This document shows positions 46,142-59,300 of a stretch of 64,000 bases of DNA, piece after piece (within the stretch, counting starts at the first letter, position 1; each line of letters opens with the position of its first letter). Below the pieces are notes generated by a model. The model ran no database searches and was not told the DNA's origin. It saw nothing but the letters and a program-made list of their open reading frames with translations. Position numbers and translations under genes: made by a program. This DNA comes from Macrostomum lignano. Its lineage: Eukaryota. The DNA is taken from the NCBI GenBank assembly GCA_002269645.1, contig NIVC01002567.1, positions 97,187-161,186 of the forward strand, given 5' to 3'.

Positions 46142-47941
46142 GTGCTGCCATTCAACAAGCGTCGGTTCAAGCCCAGTCCGGCTCTGACCGCGGCAGGTCT
46201 TCTGCTTCTAGCCTTCGGGGTGGCCGCGAACGCCTTGATTGTCTGCTCTGTGGCCCTGGTCGGCAGCATGCGAACCAGGAAGAACGCCTTCATGCTGCTG
46301 AACCTGGCCATCGCTGACATCCTGGTGCTGATGGTGTGCGCACCATACTCGCCCCCCAGCTCATCCTGGTGTACGACTGGCGCTATGACGGAGTCATGTG
46401 CAAGCTGGTGCCGTTTGTCCAAGGCGGTCTCATGTCCGTGAGCATCTGGTCGCAGGCTTCGGTGGCTCTGTATCGCTACTTGGTGATCTGCCATCCCATC
46501 CAAGCCAGGGCGTCCATCACTGGCCACGGATTGGCATCTGGATTGCCTGCGTGTGGCTCCTGTCTTGTGCTGCTGTGCTGCCCGAACCTCGTGTCGCATC
46601 GCTACAGAGTAGAACAGGTGTGCGTATTGTGTCTGAGCCTAGGTGGAAATCAGTGAGAATAGGTGAGCCAGGTTGAGCACAAAAGCACAGGTGAGCACAG
46701 TGAGCATAGGTGAGCATAGGTGAGTACAGTGAGCACAGGTGAGCACAGTGAGCATAGTGAGCCAGTAATAGGTGAGCACAGTGAGCACAGTGAGCACAGT
46801 GGTGAGCATAGGTGAGCACGATGAGCACAGTGAGCACAGGTGAGCACAGTGAGCATAGGTGAGCACAGTGAGCACAGGTGAGTACAGTGAGCACAGGTGA
46901 GCACAGTGAGCACAGGTGAGCACAGTGAGCATAGAGCACAGTAAGCATTAGGTGAGCACAGTGAGCATTGGTGAGCACAGTGCATTGGTGAGCACAGTGA
47001 GCATAGGTGAGCACAGTGAGCATAGGTGAGCACAGTGAGCATAGGTGAGCACAGTAAGCATAGGTGAGGCACAGTGAGCATAGTGGTGAGCACGGTGAGC
47101 ATTAGGTGAGCACAGTGAGCACAGGTGAGCACAGTAAGCATAGGTGAGCACAGTGAGCATTGGTGAGCACAGTGAGCATAGGTGAGCACAGTGAGCATAG
47201 GTGAGCACAGTGAACATAGGTGAGCACGGTGAGCATAGGTGAGCACAGTGAGCATAGGTCAGCACAGTGAGCATACGTGAGTACAGTGCCTGAGCATACT
47301 AAACTCCCCCACCCGCGCAGGTGATGGGCATCTTCATGCTGCAAGTGTGTAACGAAGACGGCGACAAGGTGCTGAAGCGCAGCTACACGGTGGCGCTGCT
47401 AATCTGCTTCTACCTGGTGCCCGCCGCTGCCATGGCCACCTTCTGCGGCTTGAGCATTCGTGCTTTAAAAAAGTCGCTAAAATTTTTGTCGTGCAGCTCG
47501 CAGCAGGCTGATCGGCAGTGCCGCAGGCTGCAGACGGCTCGGCTGTTTTTGGCTCTGCTGGCGGCTTTCCTGATCTGCTGGGGCCCGCACCACGGTCTCA
47601 CCCTGTGGCTGCACATGGGTGAGGATGAGTCCAACGATGGCGAGACCAGCAAGCGGATGTACCTCATCCAGTTCGGCACCCTGGTGCTGGGGTACGCCAA
47701 CAGTGTTGTGAATCCTTGCTGCCTGTTCTGCATCAGCTCGGAGTACAGGCGGCACTGCTGGAGGCTGCTGCGATGCCGCTGCAGGCAGCCGGAGTCGCCG
47801 GCTCTGAGGACCCACGGCCGCGCCCTCGGAGCGCCCACCGGCGATGGAAGTCACCTGACAGTCAGGAAGGCTGCAGTCGGCAGCGGGCAGGGAGCCAAGC
47901 GGCTGCAGCGGACGAACTCGGCGAGGTGTGCGGCTTCTTGA
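46142..47941 (+). CDS. Rhodopsin-class neuropeptide GPCR, bombesin/CCHamide/endothelin-receptor-like; two exons (~46142-46619, 47321-47941); two frameshifts in exon 1; true start not found
   Basis: TM1 FGVAANALIV; TM2 MRTRKNAFMLLNLAIADILVL; TM3 CKLVPFVQ...SVSIWSQASVALYRYLVICHP; TM4 WIACVWLLSCAAVLPE; TM5 FYLVP; TM6 ARLFLALLAAFLICWGPHH; TM7 YANSVVNPCCLFCISSEYR. Frames change near 46345 and 46520. Confidence 0.8.
46655..47290. repeat. gtgagcaca/gtgagcatag compound minisatellite filling the GPCR intron
   Basis: Directly visible 9-10-bp subunits. Confidence 0.93.
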
Positions 47942-48099
47942 TGCTCACGACGGATGTAGGAATGGGTCCAAAAGGTGTAAATTGCAGCCGGGGAAGTGGA
48001 CACTACAGCCCGATATTTCTCCTTAAAGTCATTATAAAGTCTGACATTAGTTATTTTAGTCATAAAGTGGTCTTTAGAGTCATTTATTGGCCATTAGAG

Positions 48100-48420
48100 T
48101 CACGCATTGGTCATTAGAGTCACGCGTTGGTCATTAGAGTCATGCATTAGTCATTATAGTCATTAGAGTCACGCATTGGTCATTAGAGTCATACATCGGT
48201 CATTAGCGTCACGCATGGGTCATTAGAGTCATGAATTGGTCATTAGAGTCATGCATTGGTCATTAGAGTCATGCATTGGTCATTAGAGTCATGCATTGGT
48301 CATTAGAGTCATGCCATGGTCATTAGAATCATGCATTGGTCATTAGCGCCATGCATTAGTCATTTGAGTCATACATTGGTCATTAGAGCCCTACACTAGT
48401 CTTTGCAGTGTACATTAGAG
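48100..48420. repeat. 20-bp minisatellite
   Basis: (gtcattagagtcatgcattg)n. Confidence 0.9.
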
Positions 48421-48854
48421 TCGTGAAAGTGTACATCCCAACTATTCCTTTGTTTTATTTCACAGGAACCTTCACCAACCAGACAGACAGAACTGAAAGT
48501 AGAAATTCCTGCAATCTCAGTGAACCTGGATCAAGATGCTCAAATAAATGAGAAATAAAACAGAAGTGACTGCATATTCGGCTTAAAGTAAAGATGTCAT
48601 TCAAGCCGTCAACTTCAAGCCATGCTTCAATAGCTTTATTTGCTTTAATTGTTTTCCTACTAATTTTCTGAAAGTTCAAAGTTCAGGCCGGCAACCAGAT
48701 TCCGAAAACCGAAAGCTGCACTGGTATCCAGCTTCATCAGCCAATCAGTCAGTAACTCAACTACCTCCGAAAGTTGACCCTGATTGCTCGATGCAAAGCA
48801 CTAACTAACTGCTATTTCCTAATCCTAAATGTTTATCTAACTCAGCCTGAAGTA

Positions 48855-49390
48855 TGTCAGAATGTCAGACTGTCAGAATGTCAGACTGTCAGAATGTCAG
48901 ACTGTCAGAATGTCAGACTGTCAGAATGTCAGACTGTCAGAATGTCAGACTGTCAGAATGTCAGACTGTCAGAATGTCAGACTGTCAGAATGTCAGACTG
49001 TCAGAATGTCAGACTGTCAGAATGTCAGACTGTCAGAATGTCAGACTGTCAGAATGTCAGACTGTCAGAATGTCAGACTGTCAGACTGTCAGAATGTCAG
49101 ACTGTCAGAATGTCAGACTGTCAGAATATCAGACTGTCAGAATGTCAGAATGTCAGAATGTCAGACGGTCAGAATGTCAGACTGTCAGAATGTCAGACTG
49201 TCGGACTGTTAGACTGTTGGGCTGTCAGACTGTCAGACTGTTTGGATGTCAGACTGTCAGACTGTCGGACTGTCAGACTGTTGGGATGTCAGACTGTCAG
49301 ACTGTCAGACTCTTTGGATGTCAGACTGTCAGACTGTCAGACTGTTGGGATGTCAGACTGTCAGACTGTTGGGATGTCAGACTGTCAGAA
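48855..49390. repeat. 8/16-bp minisatellite
   Basis: (tgtcagactgtcagaa)n. Confidence 0.94.
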
Positions 49391-49939
49391 GCTCCTGAAG
49401 CTCCAATCTGCGCGTCCGCTGCGCACAGACGGTCGGCAGCTTTTATTCGCAAAATTAAATTTCACTTTCAGCAGAAATTATCCGAGGCCCGGAATCGATT
49501 TCATAATCAATTTGATTACAAGCCGAATGCCATTCATTATTCCCAAGTCCGCCCCCCCCTCCCAGACAATCGAATCGAGCTGCTGTCAGCTCGTGCTTCG
49601 ATTTCCCCCTCTCGTGTCTCCTTTCCTGTTGCAGTTTCGTGCTATGGACTTCTACTCCAGATATCCTGGGCGCTCAGTTATTCTTAAATGGGATCGCATA
49701 CTCAAAAACCCTCATATTTATAAGCTGTAGTACCGATGAGTACTTCATCATGTGAACCGGCCTGAATCTTTAGTGCACAGGCCTTCGCATTGCGCTGATT
49801 TTTTTGATAAAATTGAGGAACATGAGCACTGGGGACTTGAGGAAATGGATGCAGATCATTATTGGGTCTGCGTTACTCAACACCGAAGGCAGCTGGCTCT
49901 GGGATGCCAGAGATTTCAGCCTTGGTCTGGCTCATCTTA

Positions 49940-50702
49940 ATCTCTATGCAATCTCTATCTCTATGCAATCTCTATCTCTATGCAATCTCTATCTCTATGC
50001 AATCTCTATCTCTATGCAATCTCTATCTCTATGCAATCTCTATCTCTATGCAATCTCTATCTCTATGCAATCTCTATCTCTATGCAATCTCTATCTCTAT
50101 GCAATCTCTATCTCTATGCAATCTCTATCTCTATGCAATCTCTATCTCTATGCAATCTCTATCTCTATGCAATCTCTATCTCTATGCAATCTCTATCTCT
50201 ATGCAATCTCTATCTCTATGCAATCTCTATCTCTATGCAATCTCTATCTCTATGCAATCTCCATCTCTATGCAATCTCTTATGCAACCTCTATCTCTATG
50301 CAATCTCTATCTCTATGCAATCTCTATCTCTATGCAATCTCTATCTCTATGCAATCTCTATCTCTATGCAATCTCTATCTCTATGCAATCTCTATCTCTA
50401 TGCAATCTCTATCTCTATGCAATCTCCATCTCTATGCAATCTCTTATGCAACCTCTATCTCTATGCAATCTCTATCTCTATGCAATCTCTATCTCTATGC
50501 AATCTCTATCTCTATGCAATCTCTATCTCTATGCAATCTCTATCTCTATGCAATCTCTATCTCTATGCAATCTCCATCTCTATGCAATCTCTTATGCAAC
50601 CTCTATCTCTATGCAATCTCTATCTCTATGCAATCTCTATCTCTATGCAATCTCTATCTCTATGCAATCTCTATCTCTATGCAATCTCTATCTCTATGCA
50701 AT
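49940..50702. repeat. 17-bp minisatellite
   Basis: (atctctatgcaatctct)n. Confidence 0.96.
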
Positions 50703-51763
50703 ATATCAACTCGACTGTACAATGTCTGTCTGTAAATGAATTTGCGGCTTCACAATCACATACCCATTCCAATTTTTGAGTGATGCCACAGGAGTAGTGG
50801 AGTGTGATCCGTGAGCCAAATCTTTTGTGCTTTCTTTCTCGAGCTGCTAAAGCTATTTTTATCCCGATCGTGTTACAATATACCTCGTACTTAATTAACT
50901 TAATCCAGAGGTCGTCGCGGGAGCTACACAGCAATTTGCTCTTTGGCTTTATACTAATCCAGAAATAATCAGCTTTTTAGCGCGAGAAGGCTTCATATTA
51001 GTCGCCTTTGAGACTTTATGAATTGGATTAACTTATGCTCAACTTTGCTGAAACTTCTAACGCAGTAAGATTATCTTGGGCAAATATAACTTAGCTGAAA
51101 ATATACGAGTACTGCATTATTTTTGTTTTTCTAAGCAAATTGCTCTTAATAGCTGTAAATAGTCTGTTGTGAATATACCGTAGCTGAACTGTCAAGTTGG
51201 TACCTTTTTGTTTGTTTGTCCGATTTAGTTCTATACCTAGTGGCAACGTCTTTACTTACAGCAATGCTATAGTTATGATAATACGAGCGAAATACAGAGA
51301 AATAATATGCTCGTTATTTATACAATAAAAAATTCTCCTCACATAAGGACTTTCAGGGCGAATATCTATTTGATTAAAACCAACACATCTTGACATAAAA
51401 TCTTGCTGGAATAGAAATAAACGAAATCTCCTGCCGACACAGGGGACAAATTAGTTACGAGGTCAAATAATATGTTTCTTCATAAGTTTGTCAAATTTCA
51501 AATTTATTTTTATAACTGTTACAAAAATTGTTTTAATTTTTAGAAAAACTTTAAAGCAAAAATTGCTGCTACAAAAAACTTTTGTTTTACCTAAATTCTT
51601 GGGGTAAAACTATTTAAAAGGAAAAATTTCTACGAACATGAACATCTAATCCGTCTAGGCGCTAGCAGTTAGCTGCTCGGTGGCACTTTGTCTCTTGTTG
51701 AACTTCTTTAAATAAGATTGACTTATATCAAGAAAAGTGGGTTAAAAAACATTAGTAACAAAT

Positions 51764-53957
51764 ATGAATGACATTCCCATTCTTCCAAAGTGTCGCTCTA
51801 TCGTGTTTGAGACAGGAAACATTCTTAATTGGAACCGTCTGAAAAAGAGACCTTTGACGGCTTTGCCAGCAAGTGAGGAGGTATGAACGCTGAGTTAAAT
51901 TTTGAGTTTTTAGTCATGCAATTTACTGGGATGTCTAACAAATTTTTCGTTGACTGGCATTTGTAGATAGCTTATATGTATGGGCTTTTCTCATAAGGCA
52001 AATTTTGAAAGAGAAAATCAGTGTTAAATATTTTATTGCATAACCAATGCAATGTGTTGCTGTTAAAAAAATAAACTAAAAGAGAATTTCCGTTTTATCA
52101 CTCCTAATTGAATTTTATTAACTTAAAAGTTTTTTATAAACATAATTAGGCAATCCTCTAGTTTAGAGGATTAGGATTAAACACACTAGACTAGAGGATT
52201 GCCCATAATTGTTTTATGCTTGTTTAATACTTGTTAAACTTGATTTATTAGTGATGAAAGCAAATTATTGAATTAAGTATTTGTACTTTTTATTTAGTTT
52301 AAGCTAAAGTATATTAAGGTATTAATTTAAATATTTGCTTAAAACTATAATCTCTGCCCTAAACTTAGTCTATATATTATGCTAGGCATTTGCTAGAATG
52401 AAAACTCAAGTTTCTTCAATTATATGCTGATATAAATTTGAAAAAATTATATCAAATAAATTAAAGTTGCTTGTATGTCAACTTTTTTACAATAGATTTT
52501 TTTGGAAACAAAAGAATTTACTGAACTCTATAAACTTTTTTTGCTATATACTAGATATGCCAAACCCTAACTGTATACCAATTTTATTAGCCAATGTTGA
52601 ACCAAAAAATTCGATATGCCAAGTATATGCCAAAATTCTTAGTGAGAGGCAAAAATATGCCTGAATTTTCTAGTGTAAAGGCCACCTTTGTTTTATATTT
52701 ATAAAGTAAATAGCCTCATCATCGCATCATTGAGGATATTTATTCAAGATTATATTGTCTAAATGTTGCTTATAATACTCTAAATATGTGGCCCATCAAT
52801 CGATCAGATACTGGACAGCATCCGCTGCTTGTTCAATGGCTGGCTGAATGCTCAGACAGAGCAGCACTCGCTGCAGTACACTGATCAGCTGCGGGTGACC
52901 TGCCCAGTCCAGAAGCAGCTGGACATGGCGCAGCGCCAAGCCATGCTGGATGATCGGGAAGAGCTGCGCATCTATATCAAGCTGACGGTGTACATCGACA
53001 CCTACTGGCGCGGCGCCGTCAGCGACGCCGTGGAAACTGCGCTGGCCAGCCTGGCAGCTGAAGACTGCGACGGCGTTGTGCTGAGCCTCGTCAGCTCCGG
53101 CCCGCAGCCACCGCTGCTGGATGAAGTCAAGCCGATCTGGGCGGAGTTGGAGGAGCTCCGGGCTGCCGATGTTGTTGGCAGTCTGGGCCTCGCCGATGTG
53201 GATTCCGACCTGCTGGAGCAGCTGTACGACTGGGCGGCGGAAAAGCCCAGCATCTACCAGCTGTCTGCTCAGGTGAAGCTTGGGACAGCTGCTGCTGGTC
53301 CTGGTGGCATCTCGTTTCTTAGAATGTGGTTTAGTTGTAATCCCATTTCCTGTAATTTAATGTAATTTCCTGGAATGGCATTCGATTCGTCTGATTTCCT
53401 GGAATGGTATTCGATTCACATCTTCTGATTTCCTGGAATGGTATTCGATTCGCATCTGATTTCTTGGAATGGTATTCGATTCGCATCTGATTTCTTGGAA
53501 TGGTATTGAGTCGCATCTGATTTCCTGGAATGGCATTCGATTCTCGTCTGATTTCCTGGAATGGTATTCGATTCGCATCTGATTTCCTGGAATGGAGCCC
53601 ATTTTTATCGGTCTTTCACGTTTTAGGTTGGATTTTACATTTTTTACAATTTTTTTGGCTCTGTTAACTCATCTCAGCTTTTCCACATCATCAATCAATC
53701 GCCAGGCTGCCTGCACAGCTCCCAGTCGGCTGCGCGAGTTCGCGTCAGCTAACAGGCTGCAGGTGCTGGTGCACAGCGACCCCGCCGATCCCCTGCCAGC
53801 CGACCGTCTGCGCGACATTTTTGGCGGAGTGCTGGGCGCCGCCGATGCCACAGGCTGGCAGCCTGGCTGGCTGGCGCGGATCACCACCAGCTACCGCCAC
53901 CGCGGCGTCGTCAGCTCCTGGGGCTTCGTGTCCAAGGTGCAGCGTCAAGTCGCTTAA
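51764..53957 (+). CDS. GCLM: Glutamate-cysteine ligase modifier subunit (277 aa); exons 51764-51880, 52808-53272, 53706-53957
   Basis: Exon 1 MNDIPILPKCRSIVFETGNILNWNRLKKRP...SEE (cf. human LQTGNLLNWGRLRKKCPSTHSEE). Exon 2 DDREELRIYIKL...VKPIWAELEEL...LEQLYDWAAEKP. Exon 3 LQVLVHSDP...WQPGWLARI...RGVVSSWGF. All junctions are GT-AG, phase 0. Confidence 0.94.
53360..53595. repeat. ~31-bp minisatellite in GCLM intron 2
   Basis: atttcctggaatggtattcgattcgcatctg-type units. Confidence 0.9.
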
Positions 53958-55204
53958 ATGATTTTTCTCTGTGCCAGTTACTGTTTCCTTGTGTCTTTTC
54001 GTGACTGCCATTCGGTTCGACTGACTCGCTAATTGCCGCGCCCTGCGCGTGTCGCTCCTGCCCGTCGTTTGGCTTTAGAGGTGGTGTGAATATTAACATT
54101 TGACTTATAGCGGCGGAAGGAAATTACAGTCAGAGTGTACTCTGGGCTATTTTTAGAAACGGGATAAGTGTACACCCAAGATGCACACAATGCTATTTTT
54201 AGCAACGGTGTAGTTTACACCCAAGGTTGCTATTTTTAGAAACAGGGTGTATGTACACCTAGGGTGCATACTGTGCTATTTTTAGAAACAGCTAAGATAT
54301 TCATTTTTGTCATGTACATTGAAGATGTAATCTGAGCTATGTACATTCGGACTGTACGCACACGCGGCATTACTAACTCAAAACTTAATAAAAATCAATC
54401 TCAATATTTCAATCGCTACCCTATTAAAGTTACGAATACAATAATAGCTCTTCTTTCTAGTAATGACCCTCGGATGCAGCGATCTCAGTTGAAGTGGCAA
54501 CACCCGTATTCTGTTAAAATCGTTTTAAATTAATTATCGGAGCTCTTCTTCCTGTCAATATTACCATCGTGTCTGTTGCTGTTATTTCTATGCATTTTAT
54601 TTTTCCCTAGGGCAGGAGCTGTTGATTCTGAATGACAATATTCCATAAGTTCTACAATAATTTTCCTAGCTTAATGAACAACTGTAGTCCATGCTATTGG
54701 ATTTTTAAGCTCCCCTATTTGGGCAAACAATCGGGCCATCATATTTCAGATTTTTACTCATATTTTTCTAAAAATATATTAGGCCTGAAATCAGTTTTTA
54801 TACACATTCCATAATTTTATTTTATTATTTCATTTTGCACCTTCACTGCAACTTGTTGATCTCAATAAGGCTTCTCTTTTCAACTTTTGTGTCAATCGGT
54901 ATGAACAGTTGAATGGTGTCGCCAGAGCGTTCAGTGCTAGTGGTGTCCAGTTTGTCTATGGCAAAAGCCCATTCAGTGCTGTGCGTTCTCCGGAGCATGC
55001 TTCAGTTGTGCCTGTTTTTAGAATAATGTTTTTTGTTTATTTGGCAGAACTCGACACGCACCCGCCTAAAAACATCTTTTTTTGTGTACGACAAATGATT
55101 ATTTTTTTCTAAATAAATTTCTTCTAGCCAAGCTATTTATAGTCTGTCAGCTGTCGTTTATAAATATTACCAGAGGAGGCTGTAATACTTGACTCACTGC
55201 ATTA

Positions 55205-55690
55205 TGACCCTTGACCGTTTCATGAGAATTTGTATGAATGACCGTTTCATGAGAATTTTTTTGAATGACCGTTTCATGAGAATTTGTATGAATGACCGTT
55301 TCATGAGATTTGTTATAAATTACCGTTTCATGAGAATTTGTATGAATGACCGTTTCATGAGATTTGTTATGAATTACCGTTTCATGAGAATTTGTATAAA
55401 TGACCGTTTCATGAGAATTTGTATGAATGATCGTTTCATGAGAATTCGTATGAATTACCGTTTCATGAGAATTTTTTTGAATGACCGTTTCATGAGAATT
55501 TGTATGAATGACCGTTTCATGAGAATTTGTATGAATGACCGTTTCATGAGATTGTTATGAATGACCGTTTCATGAAAATGGTTATGAATGACCGTTTCAT
55601 GAGATTTGTTATAAATGACCGTTTCATGAGAACTATAGTTATGAATGACCGTTTCATGAGAATTGTTATGAACGACCGTTTTATGAGATG
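55205..55690. repeat. 27-bp minisatellite
   Basis: (atgaccgtttcatgagaatttgtatga)n. Confidence 0.93.
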
Positions 55691-55949
55691 AGCCGTTAAC
55701 TACACTTACATTCACCAGCTTTAGGACTCAAAAATGCGCCATAGCATGCATGCGTGACCATACTGGATGGACCACCCCCGCCACTTCAGTGATGAGTGTG
55801 TATCTTGCTATAAGCTGCTCCATACTCAAAGCACTGAGCTGTTTATTTAAGATTGTGGGGTGGCGGCTTTGCAGCGCTCGTGCTGAGCAGCTTTGGTTGA
55901 AAAGTTCAAAACTCGGGTAGTATTCGTAGGACCTACGCGGGGCGTCTCT

Positions 55950-57560
55950 CCATGTCTCTCACTGTCTCTCTATCTCTCACTGTCTCTCTATCTCTCACTG
56001 TCTCTCTATCTCTCACTGTCTCTCTTTCTATATCTCACTGTCTCTCCTTCTATCTCTCACTGTCTCTCCTTCTATATCTCACTGTCTCTCCTTCTATCTC
56101 TCACTGTCTCTCCTTCTATCTCTCACTGTCTCTCCTTCTATATCTCACTGTCTCTCCTTCTATCTCTCACTGTCTCTCTTCCTATCATTCTATGTCTCTC
56201 TTTCTATCTCTCACTGTCTCTCTTTCTATATCTCACTGTCTCTCCTTCTATCTCTCACTGTCTCTCCTTCTATCTCTCACTGTCTCTCCTTCTATCTCTC
56301 ACTGTCTCTCCTTCTATATCTCACTGTCTCTCCTTCTATCTCTCACTGTCTCTCCTTCTATCTCTCACTGTCTCTCTTTCTATATCTCACTGTCTCTCCT
56401 TCTATATCTCACTGTCTCTCCTTCTATATCTCACTGTCTCTCCTTCTATCTCTCACTGTCTCTCTTCCTATCATTCTATGTCTCTCTTTCTATCTCTCAC
56501 TGTCTCTCTTTCTATATCTCACTGTCTCTCCTTCTATCTCTCACTGTCTCTCCTTCTATCTCTCACTGTCTCTCCTTCTATCTCTCACTGTCTCTCCTTC
56601 TATATCTCACTGTCTCTCCTTCTATCTCTCACTGTCTCTCCTTCTATCTCTCACTGTCTCTCTTTCTATATCTCACTGTCTCTCCTTCTATATCTCACTG
56701 TCTCTCCTTCTATATCTCACTGTCTCTCCTTCTATCTCTCACTGTCTCTCTTCCTATCATTCTATGTCTCTCTTTCTATCTCTCACTGTCTCTCTTTCTA
56801 TATCTCACTGTCTCTCCTTCTATCTCTCACTGTCTCTCCTTCTATCTCTCACTGTCTCTCCTTCTATCTCTCACTGTCTCTCCTTCTATCTCTCACTGTC
56901 TCTCTTCCTATCATTCTATGTCTCTCTTTCTATCTCTCACTGCCTCTCTTCCTATCTTTCTCTGTCTCTCTTTCTATCTCTCACTGTCTCTCTATATCTC
57001 ACTGTCTCTCTATCTCTCACTGTCTCTCCTTCTATATCTCACTGTCTCTCTTTCTATCTCTCACTGTCTCTCTTTCTATCTCTCACTGTCTCTCTATATC
57101 TCACTGTCTCTCTTTCTATCTCTCACTGTCTCTCTATCTCTCACTGTCTCTCCTTCTATCTCTCACTGTCTCTCCTTCTATCTCTCACTGTCTCTCCTTC
57201 TATCTTTCTCTGTCTCTCTTTCTATCTCTCACTGTCTCTCTATATCTCACTGTCTCTCTTTCTATCTCTCACTGTCTCTCTATCTCTCACTGTCTCTCTT
57301 TCTATCTCTCACTGTCTCTCTATCTCACTGTCTATCTTTCTATCTCTCACTGGCTCTCTTCCTATCATTCTATGTCTCTCTTTCTATCTCTCACTGTCTC
57401 TCTTCCTATCTTTCTCTGTCTCTCTTTCTATCTCTCACTGTCTCTCCTTCTATATCTCACTGTCTCTCCTTCTATATCTCACTGTCTCTCCTTCTATATC
57501 TCACTGTCTCTCCTTCTATATCTCACTGTCTCTCTTCCTATCTTTCACCGTCTCTTTCAA
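55950..57560. repeat. CT-rich minisatellite (~24-bp unit)
   Basis: ctcactgtctctccttctatctct-type units. Confidence 0.95.
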
Positions 57561-57769
57561 TCTCTCACTTTTTCGTTTTTAATCTTTCTGATCGTTTGCT
57601 CTCAGTTTTTGTCTGTCGCTATTTTTTACTTTATGTGGTTCGTAATTTGTCAAACAGTTTATAGATAGATTCGCTTCATAGTGCATGCAATGCATGGATG
57701 CACCGGATAGTCGGCGCGTTCGCTGCAGTTTGGCCTCAACCGAGGGGGCCTCAAATATGGATAAGGTTG

Positions 57770-59300
57770 AGAGAGGGGAAGAGATAGGGAATAGAGAGGG
57801 TGGAGAGAGAGGGCGAGAGAGAGGCGGAGAATGGGAGAGACGAGCAAGGGGAGAGACGAGAGAGGGGAGAGGGGAGAGAATGGGAGAGACGAGAGAGGGG
57901 GAGAGAATGGGAGAGACGAGCGAGGGGGAGAGAATGGGAGAGGGGAGAGGGGAGAGAATGGGAGAGACGAGAGAGGGGGAGAGAATGGGAGAGACGAGCG
58001 AGGGGGAGAGAATGGGAGAGACGAGAGAGGGGAGAGACGAGAGAGGGGGAGAGAATGGGAGAGACGAGAGAGGGGGAGAGAATGGGAGAGACGAGCGAGG
58101 GGAGAGAATGGGAGAGGGGAGAGGGAGAGAATGGGAGAGACGAGAGAGGGGGAGAGAATGGAAGAGACGAGAGAGGGGGAGAGAATGGGAGAGACGAGAG
58201 AGGGGGAGAGAATGGGAGAGATGAGAGAGGGGGAGAGAATGGGAGAGACGAGCGAGGGGAGAGACGAGAGAGGGGAGAGAATGGGAGAGACGAGAGAGGG
58301 GGAGAGAATGGGAGAGACGAGCGAGGGGAGAGACGAGAGAGGGGGAGAGAATGGGAGAGACGAGCGAGGGGAGAGACGAGAGAGGGGAGAGACGAGAGAG
58401 GGGAGAGGGGAGAGAATGGGAGAGACGAGAGAGGGGGAGAGAATGGGAGAGACGAGCGAGGGGAGAGACGAGAGAGGGGAGAGAATGGGAGAGACGAGAG
58501 AGAGGGGGAGAGAATGGGAGAGACGAGAGAGGGGGAGAGAATGGGAGAGACGAGAGAGGGGAGAGGGGAGAGACGAGAGAGGGGGAGAGAATGGGAGAGA
58601 CGAGCGAGGGGAGAGACGAGAGAGGGGAGAGGGGAGAGAATGGGAGAGACGAGCGAGGGGAGAGACGAGAGAGGGGAGAGGGGAGAGAATGGGAGAGACG
58701 AGAGAGGGGGAGAGAATGGGAGAGACGAGCGAGGGGAGAGACGAGAGAGGGGAGAGAATGGGAGAGACGAGAGAGGGGGAGAGAATGGGAGAGACGAGAG
58801 AGGGGGAGAGAATGGGAGAGACGAGCGAGGGGAGAGACGAGAGAGGGGAGAGGGGAGAGAATGGGAGAGACGAGAGAGGGGGAGAGAATGGGAGAGACGA
58901 GAGAGGGGAGAGGGGAGAGACGAGAGAGGGGGAGAGAATGGGAGAGACGAGCGAGGGGGAGAGAATGGGAGAGACGAGAGAGGGGGAGAGAATGGGAGAG
59001 ACGAGCGAGGGGAGAGACGAGAGAGGGGAGAGGGGAGAGAATGGGAGAGACGAGCGAGGGGAGAGACGAGAGAGGGGGAGAGAATGGGAGAGACGAGCGA
59101 GGGGAGAGACGAGAGAGGGGAGAGGGGAGAGACGAGCGAGGGGAGAGACGAGAGAGGGGAGAGGGGAGAGAATGGGAGAGACGAGAGAGGGGGAGAGAAT
59201 GGAAGAGACGAGAGAGGGAAGAGAATGGGAGAGACGAGAGAGGGGGAGAGAATGGGAGAGGGGGAGATGGGCGAGAGATAGGGAGGGGGAGAGAATCTGG
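57770..59300. repeat. GA-rich minisatellite
   Basis: gggagagacgagagagggggagagaat-type units. Confidence 0.95.
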
